Shown: piece after piece, positions 27,870-38,248 of the stretch
Numbering within the stretch: position 1 is the first letter of the stretch
Layout of the letters: each line of letters starts with the position of its first letter
Virus record (IMG/VR): IMGVR_UViG_3300029922_000001
Location: 62,001 to 126,000 of that record
Direction: 5' to 3' (one strand)
Length of the DNA: 64,000 bases
Translations under genes and position numbers: made by a program
The notes under the pieces: generated by a model
Database searches by the model: none
What the model was told of the DNA's origin: nothing
The model's input: only the letters and a program-made list of their open reading frames with translations

Positions 27870-28432
27870 GGTTCTCTAAGTGTAATAATATCATTATATT
27901 TACTCATTACTGATTTCAAATCAGTAATTTTTATTACATACATTTTCATTAATGGGAGTACTAAAAATCCATATTCTAGTTTAGCTGGTAAATTCACAGG
28001 ATACAACTCAAATTTATTTTCCAAAGCGAACCCTTTTAGCATATGATACCAGGCATCCACATCTTTAATATAAGTAGTATTGGTTTTAATATTTTGCTTG
28101 GTGAATAAACGATATTCTATATGATGTATTACATCGTCTATTTTTGTTTGTAATAATTTAGCAATTTTATCTGCATCAAAATAAACATTAACAATTGGAG
28201 GATTACCTAAATCTTCTAAAATTTTATCTACTTCAGTTTGAGAATAAACAATATAATGTTTACATGTATCATTAGTAAAATACCCATCAGTAGTTAAATT
28301 ATATTTTTGTATTACCGATTCTAAACAAATATCCCCAATAGTGGTTTTCATGCGGTTTAAATTAGATTTTTCTAATGCTATATCTTTAAGTTTCTCTATC
28401 ATCCCATCGGGAATGTTAATTGTAATTCTCAT
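27848..28432 (-). CDS. Hypothetical protein with ribbon-helix-helix-like N-terminus
   Basis: MRITINIPDGMIEKLKDIA resembles CopG/RHH; TATAAT 7 nt before this ATG (ORF track starts at 28462). Confidence 0.55.
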   Translation of the reverse strand: MRITINIPDGMIEKLKDIALEKSNLNRMKTTIGDICLESVIQKYNLTTDGYFTNDTCKHYIVYSQTEVDKILEDLGNPPIVNVYFDADKIAKLLQTKIDDVIHHIEYRLFTKQNIKTNTTYIKDVDAWYHMLKGFALENKFELYPVNLPAKLEYGFLVLPLMKMYVIKITDLKSVMSKYNDIITLREPYMNGFK

Positions 28433-28461
28433 ACGACATATTATACCTGATTTACTAGACA

Positions 28462-28839
28462 TTAAACACTTTTACGATCTTTTTTGAATACCGTATTGTC
28501 CTCTAATGTAGGTTTTGTTGTAATTTCTTCTTTTTTCTTTCGGTAGATTCGAACACTTTTTTCTTTGAGCCTACCCACTGGTTCAGTGCTACTTTCATGA
28601 TAAATATTACCATCTTTATCAATATTGTGACCCACAATATTGCCATTTTTATCGTAAACCTTACCACTGTGTAAAGAATACATCTTACTTCTTAATGTAC
28701 CCTTTGAATTAGGTGATCTAAAAATACCTTTCGTTGGCAATAATTGACTTACAACCATATGCAATTCGTCTGCCTCTGCGAATCTTTGCTGTGCCTCTAA
28801 TGCTTCAGAAATTTCCAAAAGCTTTAAACGAATATCCAT
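28462..28839 (-). CDS. Hypothetical protein with N-terminal helical tag
   Basis: EISEALEAQQRFAEADEL then MVVSQ; own promoter motif upstream. Confidence 0.7.
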   Translation of the reverse strand: MDIRLKLLEISEALEAQQRFAEADELHMVVSQLLPTKGIFRSPNSKGTLRSKMYSLHSGKVYDKNGNIVGHNIDKDGNIYHESSTEPVGRLKEKSVRIYRKKKEEITTKPTLEDNTVFKKDRKSV

Positions 28840-28849
28840 AGTAATATGT

Positions 28850-28875
28850 TATAAAATTTGCCACCTAAATCCTCT
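28850..28875 (-). promoter_or_regulatory. Putative promoter AGAGGATTT-N14-ATA
   Basis: Ends 10 nt before ATG 28839. Confidence 0.5.
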
Positions 28876-28995
28876 TCCGCTATTTAACTGTATAAATATA
28901 TAAGCAGGAAAATGTGTTATTTTCGTTATAAAATAAATATAATAAGATAATCAATATCAAAATTTGTTTTCCCAACAAATTGCAGGAGTAAATCA

Positions 28996-29751
28996 ATGAA
29001 TATTAAAGCAATAGCAAAAGAAAGACAAGTCATCTCAGAAGTTTTAATGCAAGTGGCAAACAAATTAGATGATATGCTAGATGTTAACAGGGCAGATGCA
29101 TTAACATTAATGGCAAGTGAATTATTAGAGGAATATGTTCCCAGACTACCCAATAGACAAGCTCAAAGCGTAAACGATCAGCACTCTAATAGAGACGAAT
29201 ATACTACCAATTTTAATTATTCCGAAAGAGAAGACGAAGAAGATGAAGATGCAGAATACGATAGGTTTATTCACGCTGACGATGATGAAGATTTGGACTT
29301 TGATTTTGATGGTCGTGGTAGGTCTGTTGAAGTTAAAGAATTAGATAGTATTGATGCTTTTGCTAGAAGTCTTATGGAAAAGGGTGGTAGAACCTCTGAA
29401 GCTGCAATTGTTAGAGATGGTATTTCTTTTGGATCAGATCCTTATGCTGAATTTATGAAAGCTAGAGCAGGTAAAGATGGTGGCAAACGAACCATAGATA
29501 AAGGTGCTGGTTATCGTGAAATGCAAGAGCGTATTGCAGCGCAAGCCGATAGAGCAGCTAGAAAGAACGGGACAATGGTTGAAGAAAGAGTTCAAACTCC
29601 AGAAGATATCATTTTCTCTAGAATTATTGAAGCTAGAAAAGTGTATGGTACATTAATGAGAAAATCAGAATTAAGTCCAAGTGATGATAAGAAGTATATG
29701 CAAGTTACACAATTCCTCAAACAGTATGATCCACAATATACAGGAATGTAA
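28996..29751 (+). CDS. Hypothetical protein with N-terminal helical tag
   Basis: AGGAG SD; QVANKLDDMLDVNRADALT then RQAQ and an acidic tract. Confidence 0.75.
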   Translation: MNIKAIAKERQVISEVLMQVANKLDDMLDVNRADALTLMASELLEEYVPRLPNRQAQSVNDQHSNRDEYTTNFNYSEREDEEDEDAEYDRFIHADDDEDLDFDFDGRGRSVEVKELDSIDAFARSLMEKGGRTSEAAIVRDGISFGSDPYAEFMKARAGKDGGKRTIDKGAGYREMQERIAAQADRAARKNGTMVEERVQTPEDIIFSRIIEARKVYGTLMRKSELSPSDDKKYMQVTQFLKQYDPQYTGM

Positions 29752-29753
29752 CA

Positions 29754-30341
29754 ATGGAAATATGCCTTAAAAGCACCAATAAAGAATATACAAAATTAGC
29801 GATTAACACATTTTTGTCTGATGTTAAAGATTTGAAAATTGATAATGATTTTAAGTCTACACCAGACAAAATTATATTCCATGATAGTGTTTTTATGTTT
29901 ACGACTAACCCCGTAGAAAAAGTGATAAATCATATCAATAAGCATGGTGCTTTCTTTTCACAACGTAGTCCCTTACTATATAATAATTCAGATGGAGTGT
30001 ACTTATTAAGGTCATTAGGTATTATTCCACACGATTTCACTTCAGTACAACCTGATTTATCTGAAATGAATACAGACTTTATTGCAGATAATGAATCAAA
30101 AGAGAGTGTTCTTCTTTATTGCTTTGATGGACTAGATAAAATATTTAAATACAAAACCATCGACAATTATTCCAAATACTATAACGAATATTTCGACAAC
30201 AGATATATATTACATGATTCTGGAGTTAAAAAACAAAAAACATATATCACTAATTTGTTTGGATTTGAAATTACCTCTAATGAATATATTAACTTGTTTG
30301 CTGCGGAATTTAAGGCTTGTAAGCAGCAAGGTTGGTTGTAA
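29754..30341 (+). CDS. Hypothetical protein
   Basis: 195-aa ORF directly after the preceding stop. Confidence 0.6.
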   Translation: MEICLKSTNKEYTKLAINTFLSDVKDLKIDNDFKSTPDKIIFHDSVFMFTTNPVEKVINHINKHGAFFSQRSPLLYNNSDGVYLLRSLGIIPHDFTSVQPDLSEMNTDFIADNESKESVLLYCFDGLDKIFKYKTIDNYSKYYNEYFDNRYILHDSGVKKQKTYITNLFGFEITSNEYINLFAAEFKACKQQGWL

Positions 30342-30936
30342 GAGTGTTAGGACCCTGATATTTGTTTAATCCAAAATCGTATTGAACAGTTTTACGAGGA
30401 ACATTATTACCATAAATGTTTTTCTCTGGTAAATATTTTCTTTCACAAGGAAAACCGATGTTTTTTCCAAGTCTATTAATAACGGTTTCAGTGTACATTC
30501 CACGATGTTTATTGATGTCAATAAGAGAATTTAAATAATCTTTAATTGAGATTAAAAACTCATGTTTAAATAGTCCTAAATTAGTAAATCCTACTGGACT
30601 AAACGTACAACTATCAACCGCATTGTACTCTTTGCTGTTAATCATTTGCATTGTCTTCTTGTAAAAACTTAATGATGTTACCTCACAAGTATCATGTATA
30701 AAACACCAATTTTTTACACCTGTTAGTTTGGTAGCCTCAATAAAGGAAGTGTAATCTGATGAATTATGCGTTGCATATATATATAAAACACCATCCCTGT
30801 ATTCAGAACCTTCCATATTACAATTACCGAATATAACCAGTATATTTTCTTTAGGAATGCCATATCTCAATAAACTGTTAAGACATCTTACTCCTGCAAC
30901 ATCAAAATAAGTTGGTACGCTATTGATAACATACAT
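30310..30936 (-). CDS. Glycosyltransferase-like protein (THNS..HDTC family)
   Basis: YVINS, THNSSDYTSFIE, FIHDTC; paralogous to the N-domain of 51212-52681. Start 30936 or 30969. Confidence 0.55.
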   Translation of the reverse strand: MYVINSVPTYFDVAGVRCLNSLLRYGIPKENILVIFGNCNMEGSEYRDGVLYIYATHNSSDYTSFIEATKLTGVKNWCFIHDTCEVTSLSFYKKTMQMINSKEYNAVDSCTFSPVGFTNLGLFKHEFLISIKDYLNSLIDINKHRGMYTETVINRLGKNIGFPCERKYLPEKNIYGNNVPRKTVQYDFGLNKYQGPNTLTTNLAAYKP

Positions 30937-30944
30937 TAAGTCTA

Positions 30945-31718
30945 TTACATTTCCTCTGGAAACATCCATTTAGGTAAACCTCCATATCTATCAAATTCTT
31001 CTTGGCTATCTGGTGTAGTAGACACACTAACACTTGTTGGAATATCATTCTGTTGTGCAAATAAAGCATGTGTTCTAGCCATTAAAATGAGTTTATACTT
31101 TTGATATTTAATACAACCTAAATTCATGTAAACATCATATGGTAATGAAACAAAATGAGTTAAATCATCTACTTCTAAAATAATAGCTGGAACTGGCGTA
31201 GTACCATTGCTTTTATTTTTAAAATATTCAAAAGCACTATTATATAACAAACCAGCATCTTCAGTAGATAATTCGTAATAATTTTGATAAACATACCAAA
31301 ATTCTTCCGCAAATTCTTCTGTAAGTTTTCTGCTAACATTTTCTTCTTGTAATATGTTATTATTAATATCATACACCCACTTTAGACATTTAGGTATAAC
31401 ATTGCGAATTTCAAATGTTTCATTATAAAATGTATCTTCACCATGAGTTGCAAATGCCTGTGCTTGAATATCTGCCTTTTCCTGCCAAGTTAATTCACGC
31501 ACACAACAAATTGTTTTATTAACTAAAATCATAAAACAACCATCGTCCACTTTCTCATTAAGAAAATCTATATCTACACTAATATCTAGTTGTTGATTTT
31601 TTAAAAATTCCACAGCAGTTTGTGGTGCTGAAAAACTATTAGTGTTTTTACGCTGATTTTGCTTCATGTATTGCGCAATTTGCTGAGCAAAACCTTGGGG
31701 TGTCATTCCGTTATCCAT
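30945..31718 (-). CDS. Tail assembly chaperone-like protein
   Basis: CVRELTWQEKADI motif typical of chaperones; downstream of tube-like genes. Confidence 0.45.
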   Translation of the reverse strand: MDNGMTPQGFAQQIAQYMKQNQRKNTNSFSAPQTAVEFLKNQQLDISVDIDFLNEKVDDGCFMILVNKTICCVRELTWQEKADIQAQAFATHGEDTFYNETFEIRNVIPKCLKWVYDINNNILQEENVSRKLTEEFAEEFWYVYQNYYELSTEDAGLLYNSAFEYFKNKSNGTTPVPAIILEVDDLTHFVSLPYDVYMNLGCIKYQKYKLILMARTHALFAQQNDIPTSVSVSTTPDSQEEFDRYGGLPKWMFPEEM

Positions 31719-33108
31719 TATTTGTTGCCTCTATAACATCTGTTGGAATTAAAAACTCAGAAAAATTACCAACAGATAAATCTCCTAAAAAGTATTGATA
31801 TGGCACTGTAGTTTGAGCATTTGGTGCTGCACGAGCGATGAAATTCAATGTTACGTCTACACCAGCAGCGGTGAATTTTGCACTTGGCTCTTGTAAATCA
31901 ACATTTGGTAAAATGAACAAAAATGGACCACCAAAATACATCGCAAAGGCATAGCCTGGATATCTAATACCTAACACTCTATTATAAATATCTTGTGGCA
32001 TAAATAGATTGACTGTTCCACTTACTGCTCTGGTGTTAATAGCTACATATTTAGGACCAAACATGGCATTTCTACCCTCGTCGCCCACTGCGGTAAATTT
32101 TAATTCTTGAGTAACAGTTAAAGACATACCTTTAATCTTAATAGTTAATAAACCATTGTCATCAAACCAATCAGAATCTTGATAAGCAGATTGAAGATCA
32201 TCAAAATTATTCCAAGATGTTGTGCCATCACTAGAAGCTTGTTCCCATAAGATCATACAGTCTCGAATATTAGCAGAACGATAAGCTTCATATTCATCAA
32301 CAGTAGTAATATTGTCTGAATTACTACTATCATTCGTAATTAAAGTAACATCTCTTTGAGTTATATCAGGGTATTCTGCCTTAAAATAACTAATTCCATC
32401 AGGACTTGAATCTCCATAATCTACACCAATTGTAGGCATTAAAATAGCTTTACTACCAGCATATTTGGCACTAATTGTTACAGGACCTTCTATACCTTCT
32501 GTGCTTATCTGGATATGTTCCGCAAATAATGGTCCAAAATTCACTACATTTTGAAAACTATTCGTAATACACATAGGAAAGGCTGGAACTATCATACTTT
32601 GCCACACGATTAATTCGGCGGGATATGATACAGTATCTGCATATAATATGCTTTGTAGTGTTGTGTTTTCAGTATCAGAATAAGTATAAGTAGTAACTGG
32701 GTTTTGATTTACCAAAGGGTGAAATGTCAAACCTGCTCTAAAAATATTTTCATCAGAATTAAAAGTATTAAAAACATTTACAGAAAAATGCGTGGGTAAA
32801 GCTGAAATGGGTTGCCCCGCATTTGAGTCATGATCTTTGCACCATAATGGACTAAATATACTCGTATTATCTAAATATGCCCATTCAACTAAAGATGATT
32901 GGTTAGTGCTTAAATTAGATTGTATTGTCTGTGCTAATAAATACATATTCCACACATAAACATTTTTAGTGATAGAAGTTTGTGTTCTAGCTGACATTCT
33001 TAATTGATTAGGATCAGACCAAACATATGGTATAAAATCCGAGATTGAAGCAACATAAATAGTATGTTCCGCACCAGAAGGAAAAAGCCTATTAATCTCT
33101 TTGGGCAT
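31711..33108 (-). CDS. Tail tube-like protein (paralogue 2)
   Basis: Beta-rich; IQISTEG..PVTISAKY, GMSLTVTQEL, RAVSGTVNLF, FILPNV pattern typical of tube proteins. Confidence 0.5.
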   Translation of the reverse strand: MPKEINRLFPSGAEHTIYVASISDFIPYVWSDPNQLRMSARTQTSITKNVYVWNMYLLAQTIQSNLSTNQSSLVEWAYLDNTSIFSPLWCKDHDSNAGQPISALPTHFSVNVFNTFNSDENIFRAGLTFHPLVNQNPVTTYTYSDTENTTLQSILYADTVSYPAELIVWQSMIVPAFPMCITNSFQNVVNFGPLFAEHIQISTEGIEGPVTISAKYAGSKAILMPTIGVDYGDSSPDGISYFKAEYPDITQRDVTLITNDSSNSDNITTVDEYEAYRSANIRDCMILWEQASSDGTTSWNNFDDLQSAYQDSDWFDDNGLLTIKIKGMSLTVTQELKFTAVGDEGRNAMFGPKYVAINTRAVSGTVNLFMPQDIYNRVLGIRYPGYAFAMYFGGPFLFILPNVDLQEPSAKFTAAGVDVTLNFIARAAPNAQTTVPYQYFLGDLSVGNFSEFLIPTDVIEATNNG

Positions 33109-33508
33109 AACGCTTACCTCCTGTCATTTTCATCCACTTTTTAGCTATCGCTTTAATAAGACTGTGGTGAATTTTTTTAATATTATCTCTAGTAATCGGT
33201 ATTGTTTTTTCTTCTTTGCCTTGTTTAATATTCCAAGCAACAAAGAAATTTAAAATTATTTCTGGGTAAAGAATCTTGGATCTCAATAATCTTTCATTAT
33301 CTCTAGCTAGAACACAACTAGCTTCCGTTATGGTTGAGAAATTTTCCCAATCCCTACCTTTAGCAAAACATTCTATCGTAAGAATATGCTCCCCTGTTGC
33401 ATCATCTGGTTCCAAGCAAACACCAATAGGTTGTTGCGTAACATTATGATAAATTACACTAAATTTTTGTTCCAATGGAAACGTAGAATCATCAATAAAT
33501 ATAGACAT
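33092..33508 (-). CDS. Small tail assembly chaperone-like protein
   Basis: Between two tube-like genes; FFVAWNI motif. TATAAA 6 nt before ATG 33508. Confidence 0.45.
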   Translation of the reverse strand: MSIFIDDSTFPLEQKFSVIYHNVTQQPIGVCLEPDDATGEHILTIECFAKGRDWENFSTITEASCVLARDNERLLRSKILYPEIILNFFVAWNIKQGKEEKTIPITRDNIKKIHHSLIKAIAKKWMKMTGGKRYAQRD

Positions 33509-33515
33509 ATTAATT

Positions 33516-34877
33516 TTATACAATATTTAAAGTTGAATATTCTAAATCTGGATAACTATATGAAGTTTGATGATATGAATACCATTTTAGTGTTGCAATA
33601 GACTCTTCATTTACTGGTACCTTTCTTTCACCTGGGGACCAAACAACACCAGGTATTGTTAAGGCAAAATTACTATAATCTAGTTTAAGACCCGATTGTA
33701 GAGCATTATTTAATGAATTGATGTATCCGTTGCCTACTAGTTTTTCTAAGACAGCAGAGGGTTGTAGAGGGCTATAAACCTCTACTATACCTTCGATCAA
33801 TCTACCACTAGAATAAATTAAAGTAGGGAAAGAGTTTTCATATGTGCGTTCTGGATATTCACTTAATGAATCATCCGCAAACTCTGCTGTTAAATTGTTT
33901 TTTATACTAAAGGTGGTATTGTAAATTACTTCATTTTGTATATGTGGTGTTTGAAAACCGGTGGTTAACCCTTTACCAAAATATTGATAAGAATTATAAG
34001 TACCACCCAAACCAGGTGCCAAATAAAGCTTAATGGTATTTCCCAAAATAGGAGTGATAATCTGTTCAAAATCATAATCCTGAGTAATATTTTGAAGACA
34101 ATTGTAAAGTGCAACTTGATAACTTCTATCTATTTTTAACGCTTTAATTGTTACTGATGCGGTTAACTCTTCTTTGGAATTTGCAGTAATAGTAATAGTG
34201 TCAATTAAACATGGACCAATCAAGCCATTACCTAATGACCATAATAAAAATGTTGGACTTTTAATGGTTTTAGTTGTGACAATATCGGTGTCGTCTATGA
34301 ATACAAGAAATTTGGAGCCGTCTGGTAAAGAACTTCCTAATTGTAATGTTCTATGTATTTTATCAGCCCCAGAAACCATAATATTGGAAATTAATTTTTG
34401 ATTTTGATCTAAAATAGAAACTAATAATGACGATTTTTGACTTAATAGTTCCTCAAATTCAATCACATTATCTACTGAAACTAGTCTAGTTTCATCATTA
34501 TAGCTTAATATTTCTGTTTTAATAGCTAATGGAGTACCATAAACTGCTAATCCAGCCAAAGACCATAAAGAAGCAAAACTAGCCTGTACAAAGCCTTGCG
34601 CTGGTGAAAAAATAGGAACTTGAAATGATATGCCTAAATCCAATGTACTTCCAGCAATGTTGATTTTATCTACAGCACCAATCATAGGTGTTGGCTCTAA
34701 ACGAGTGTTGAATCCAACCTCCATATTCGACACAGGAAAGATATGATGATGTTTAATATCACTAATATCTGCGCTAAACAAGATGTCTTTATAGTTACCT
34801 GGCACTAAAGCTACAATATCATTGTAACCCTTATTATAACCAAAAATCTCTAAAAACTCTTCTAAATATTCTATCAT
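33516..34877 (-). CDS. Tail tube-like protein (paralogue 1)
   Basis: FPVSNMEVG, CLIDTITITANSKEELTASVTIKA, TFSIKNNL, GRLIEGIVEVY, LTIPGVVW. Confidence 0.5.
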   Translation of the reverse strand: MIEYLEEFLEIFGYNKGYNDIVALVPGNYKDILFSADISDIKHHHIFPVSNMEVGFNTRLEPTPMIGAVDKINIAGSTLDLGISFQVPIFSPAQGFVQASFASLWSLAGLAVYGTPLAIKTEILSYNDETRLVSVDNVIEFEELLSQKSSLLVSILDQNQKLISNIMVSGADKIHRTLQLGSSLPDGSKFLVFIDDTDIVTTKTIKSPTFLLWSLGNGLIGPCLIDTITITANSKEELTASVTIKALKIDRSYQVALYNCLQNITQDYDFEQIITPILGNTIKLYLAPGLGGTYNSYQYFGKGLTTGFQTPHIQNEVIYNTTFSIKNNLTAEFADDSLSEYPERTYENSFPTLIYSSGRLIEGIVEVYSPLQPSAVLEKLVGNGYINSLNNALQSGLKLDYSNFALTIPGVVWSPGERKVPVNEESIATLKWYSYHQTSYSYPDLEYSTLNIV

Positions 34878-37348
34878 ATTGCATTTTCCACAGTTACCAA
34901 ATCACTAATTGTCCACAAAACTCTATTGTCACTAGTGACATTAAAATTATTTCCAACCTGCACGTACATATAATCAATAGTATCAAATAAATCCGTAGTG
35001 GCACCTAATAATGTTTTAGTTCCACGTAATGTACCTTGTGTCAAGGTTGTAGTTAGGGTGTTTGTAGCTCCAGTAATAGTATTTCTAGCATAAACAGTTA
35101 ACAGTATATCATTAGTTAAAGCAGTTGCGGCAGGTGGAGTAGCACTCGAATTTGTAACAACAGGAGTACCTAATAAATCATTTGTTAAGGTTAATAATGG
35201 TACATTAGCCACCAATCGTGATGGTTTATTTGTCACTTCACCAGTAATGTAAACGCCATTACTGGACATCTGAGTACCAGGTTGACCATAATCAAGAAAG
35301 CCATATACAGTAATAGGTAATGTTCCAGAAATTTCAGAGAAACCAGTAACAGTTAATGGATTGGTATAATCTGAAGTTCCATAGCTTGTTGAATTAGTAG
35401 TGTATGTACTATTTGAACCAGTAGATTGCATCGCTATTTGAAGTAATCCTAAAGCATCCGTTGGGAAATATAAAGCAATATAATGGTCCCCTGCTGGTAA
35501 TTGAATAAAATTATTAAATGTTATAAAGCAATTAGTTGTCAATGTTGAATTAGTACTGAAATTCGCAAAAGCAAATGAAGATGATCCATATTGGCTAGTT
35601 GGTACACTTGTTCCAGAAGTAGAAGTTCCCCAATAAAAAGCCTGTATTCCATCTAACAAAGTCAATAAGGTAGCTAATGTTCCATTACTTACTGGTATTA
35701 ATGGAATATTGACACCACCCAATAAGCATCCTGTACTGGTAACGTGAATCAATAAAAAGTTATTGTTGATAATGTAATATCCATTAGGTGTGCAACTATC
35801 TGGAATTGGTGGCGAAATATATTTAAATCCACCAATTGGCGATAAACATAAACTTTCTATATTTCCGATTACATTAGAATTTCGATATATATTGTAGGTA
35901 GTATTTGCATTTGTAGTCCAGTTTAATTGATTAGCAATATAAATACTGTTACCATTTGATGCAGTAACCACCAAGGGTGTCGGTGCGCTTTCTAAGCCGT
36001 TTATATCAACACCAGTAATATTGTAAATTATCGTTCCTGTGGTTAAACTACCATTTGGTAAGTCAATAGTGGTTACAGTTACTGCGCTACTGACTGGCGG
36101 CGTGGCTGCGGAATTAGCTTGTTGTTTAGATATTAAATCTCCCCTAAAAATACCCAAAGTATGCATTGTGTCTTGCTGTTTATTAAGACTAAAATAAGCC
36201 TTAGAAAAAGATGTTGGAAATTCAAATCGTTGTAAATTGTTAAAACTAATACCAGGAGCGTATGAATTTACTGCTTCAAATGGTTGCCCTGCCCAATATT
36301 GAACGAAGCTTTGTCCTCCACCATCAATGGCGTTTGTATATTGCACTAAACTTTGAATAAGATTTGCAGCACTAGTGTAATTAAGACTTGTACCAATAGA
36401 TTTTTTTAAAGTGTTATAATCATTAATTAATCCAGTTTGTTCTGTTGTACTCAATCCAGTTGTTAAAGAATAAAGATTTTGTATATCTTGAATTTGATAA
36501 TTATTTGAAGTAACTAATGTTGGGCTATTTGGATTAGAAACCAGTAGCTTAGCAATAGGTAATACGTCATTTGGTATATATGGAAAATATGTACTTACAT
36601 CAGGATAACATAATACAGGAGCATTAAAAAAAGTATTAATTTTAGGTTGATATATGAATGTAACTCTAGTTTGAGCAGGAAAACTACTGCCTACAATTCC
36701 ATAACTAATACTACTATTGCCAATACCAATAGAAGGACTAGATGGGCTGACATAAAGAACTCCAGTATTTAAATCTCCATCAGAGAATTCAATAACCGTA
36801 TTATTCACAACGGCTTTAATAGGAAATCCTAAATTAAAAACACTTTTAATGTCTTGAACGGTAATATAAGTTTGATTAGTTGTTGCGACATTAGTCGTTA
36901 CGGTATTTAATACAGTGGATGCTTTGGTGAGTTCTGAATATTTCAAACCAAGTAGAACGCCGTAATAATAATTAGGATCTACTGAGTTTTCTGTGTAAGT
37001 CATTGCAAAACTAGTAGCAATAGGCACTGTCTGAGTAGGGATATTAACGATTTGCCCCTTAAATCCAACTTGCCCTCTATTAACAAGCACTTGACGACTC
37101 ATTAAATCAGTTGTTGTTGGTGACATGCCATTAGGATTAGCTTGTGTGGGCGTAACTAAGAAACCGTTAGGAACATCTAAAATACCGAAATAAGGTAAAC
37201 CATTAGTGGCTAAAGAATTAATCTGTTCAAGTTCAAATAAAGCTGTGCCAGGTGTATTGGTATCCCCAATTCCAGAATTAATTAAAGTATAGGCGTTTCC
37301 TATGCTTCTCACTAAATCATAAATATATTCTTTGATGACTATTGGCAT
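34874..37348 (-). CDS. Virion structural protein (tail/baseplate)
   Basis: ~824 aa Thr/Ser/Asn-rich with an FN3-like segment (YNITGVDINGLES..YNIYRN). TATAAA 6 nt before ATG 37348. Confidence 0.65.
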   Translation of the reverse strand: MPIVIKEYIYDLVRSIGNAYTLINSGIGDTNTPGTALFELEQINSLATNGLPYFGILDVPNGFLVTPTQANPNGMSPTTTDLMSRQVLVNRGQVGFKGQIVNIPTQTVPIATSFAMTYTENSVDPNYYYGVLLGLKYSELTKASTVLNTVTTNVATTNQTYITVQDIKSVFNLGFPIKAVVNNTVIEFSDGDLNTGVLYVSPSSPSIGIGNSSISYGIVGSSFPAQTRVTFIYQPKINTFFNAPVLCYPDVSTYFPYIPNDVLPIAKLLVSNPNSPTLVTSNNYQIQDIQNLYSLTTGLSTTEQTGLINDYNTLKKSIGTSLNYTSAANLIQSLVQYTNAIDGGGQSFVQYWAGQPFEAVNSYAPGISFNNLQRFEFPTSFSKAYFSLNKQQDTMHTLGIFRGDLISKQQANSAATPPVSSAVTVTTIDLPNGSLTTGTIIYNITGVDINGLESAPTPLVVTASNGNSIYIANQLNWTTNANTTYNIYRNSNVIGNIESLCLSPIGGFKYISPPIPDSCTPNGYYIINNNFLLIHVTSTGCLLGGVNIPLIPVSNGTLATLLTLLDGIQAFYWGTSTSGTSVPTSQYGSSSFAFANFSTNSTLTTNCFITFNNFIQLPAGDHYIALYFPTDALGLLQIAMQSTGSNSTYTTNSTSYGTSDYTNPLTVTGFSEISGTLPITVYGFLDYGQPGTQMSSNGVYITGEVTNKPSRLVANVPLLTLTNDLLGTPVVTNSSATPPAATALTNDILLTVYARNTITGATNTLTTTLTQGTLRGTKTLLGATTDLFDTIDYMYVQVGNNFNVTSDNRVLWTISDLVTVENAI

Positions 37349-37369
37349 AACTATTTTATACAAATTTTT

Positions 37370-38248
37370 TCACAGACTGATACCAAACTTAGCCAAAATA
37401 TAAGCCTTCAAAGCTGGTGGCATAAGCGGATTCCCTGTCCAATAAGATTGGAAATTCGTATAAGATTTTGCCCAATGTTGAATTGCTAACAACAATTGTG
37501 AGTTCAAATTATTTTGAGAAACATCAGTTAAGGCTTTAGCTTTAATGATGGCAGGCAATAAATTGACTGCCATATTTTCTTCTGCAAAACCAGGATAACA
37601 TTGATTTCGTCTTACATCATAAATTGTAGTATTACCCACAATAATATCATTACCCCCAGTACGAGTATAAGAATTTAAATCGACCAAAAATCTATACAAT
37701 TCAACAGCGGTTTGTCCACTAGATAAACTAGGCGATGTACCAGGTGGAGTTAAACCATTTAATAATTTACTATTTAAAACATCTATACTGTAATTTGCAA
37801 TATTAACTAAAGGCTCAGTAAAAGTAATAATAATTTCCGCAGATACAGGTGTTGCGGGTGGTCCTATGGTTGGTTCAGACATAACCAAATAAATAGATCC
37901 CATCAAATATACGCCTTGCACGGTTTCACTAGAATTATTGGGGTAATATTTAGCTAATTCACCAGAATTGTATGTATATAAATTAGCTAACAACGTATAG
38001 TTAGTAGCAGCACTTGTATTGCTAAATTGATTTCCTTCTCTAATAAATCCAGGTCCAATGTTAATTACAGTCCCAGTGCCAATATTTAAGATATCATAAC
38101 CGAAAGCAAGAACCTTTTGCGTATTCGGTGTTGTTATATACCCACCTAACGCAAATTCTTGTAAATTAGACATTACACCCTGACTGCCATTAACAGTGTT
38201 TATGGCAGTTACTAAATTTGAATAATGTTGTACTAAACTATCTTCCAT
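37370..38248 (-). CDS. Virion structural protein (baseplate/tail)
   Basis: 292 aa, translationally coupled within the tail operon; INIGPG, IYDVR motifs. Confidence 0.55.
   Translation of the reverse strand: MEDSLVQHYSNLVTAINTVNGSQGVMSNLQEFALGGYITTPNTQKVLAFGYDILNIGTGTVINIGPGFIREGNQFSNTSAATNYTLLANLYTYNSGELAKYYPNNSSETVQGVYLMGSIYLVMSEPTIGPPATPVSAEIIITFTEPLVNIANYSIDVLNSKLLNGLTPPGTSPSLSSGQTAVELYRFLVDLNSYTRTGGNDIIVGNTTIYDVRRNQCYPGFAEENMAVNLLPAIIKAKALTDVSQNNLNSQLLLAIQHWAKSYTNFQSYWTGNPLMPPALKAYILAKFGISL

Noticed and set aside
30945-33523. Programmed frameshift in the tail chaperone genes
   Set aside because: No clear slippery heptamer at the 3' end of 33092-33508 and no tape measure downstream; not excluded without a scan.
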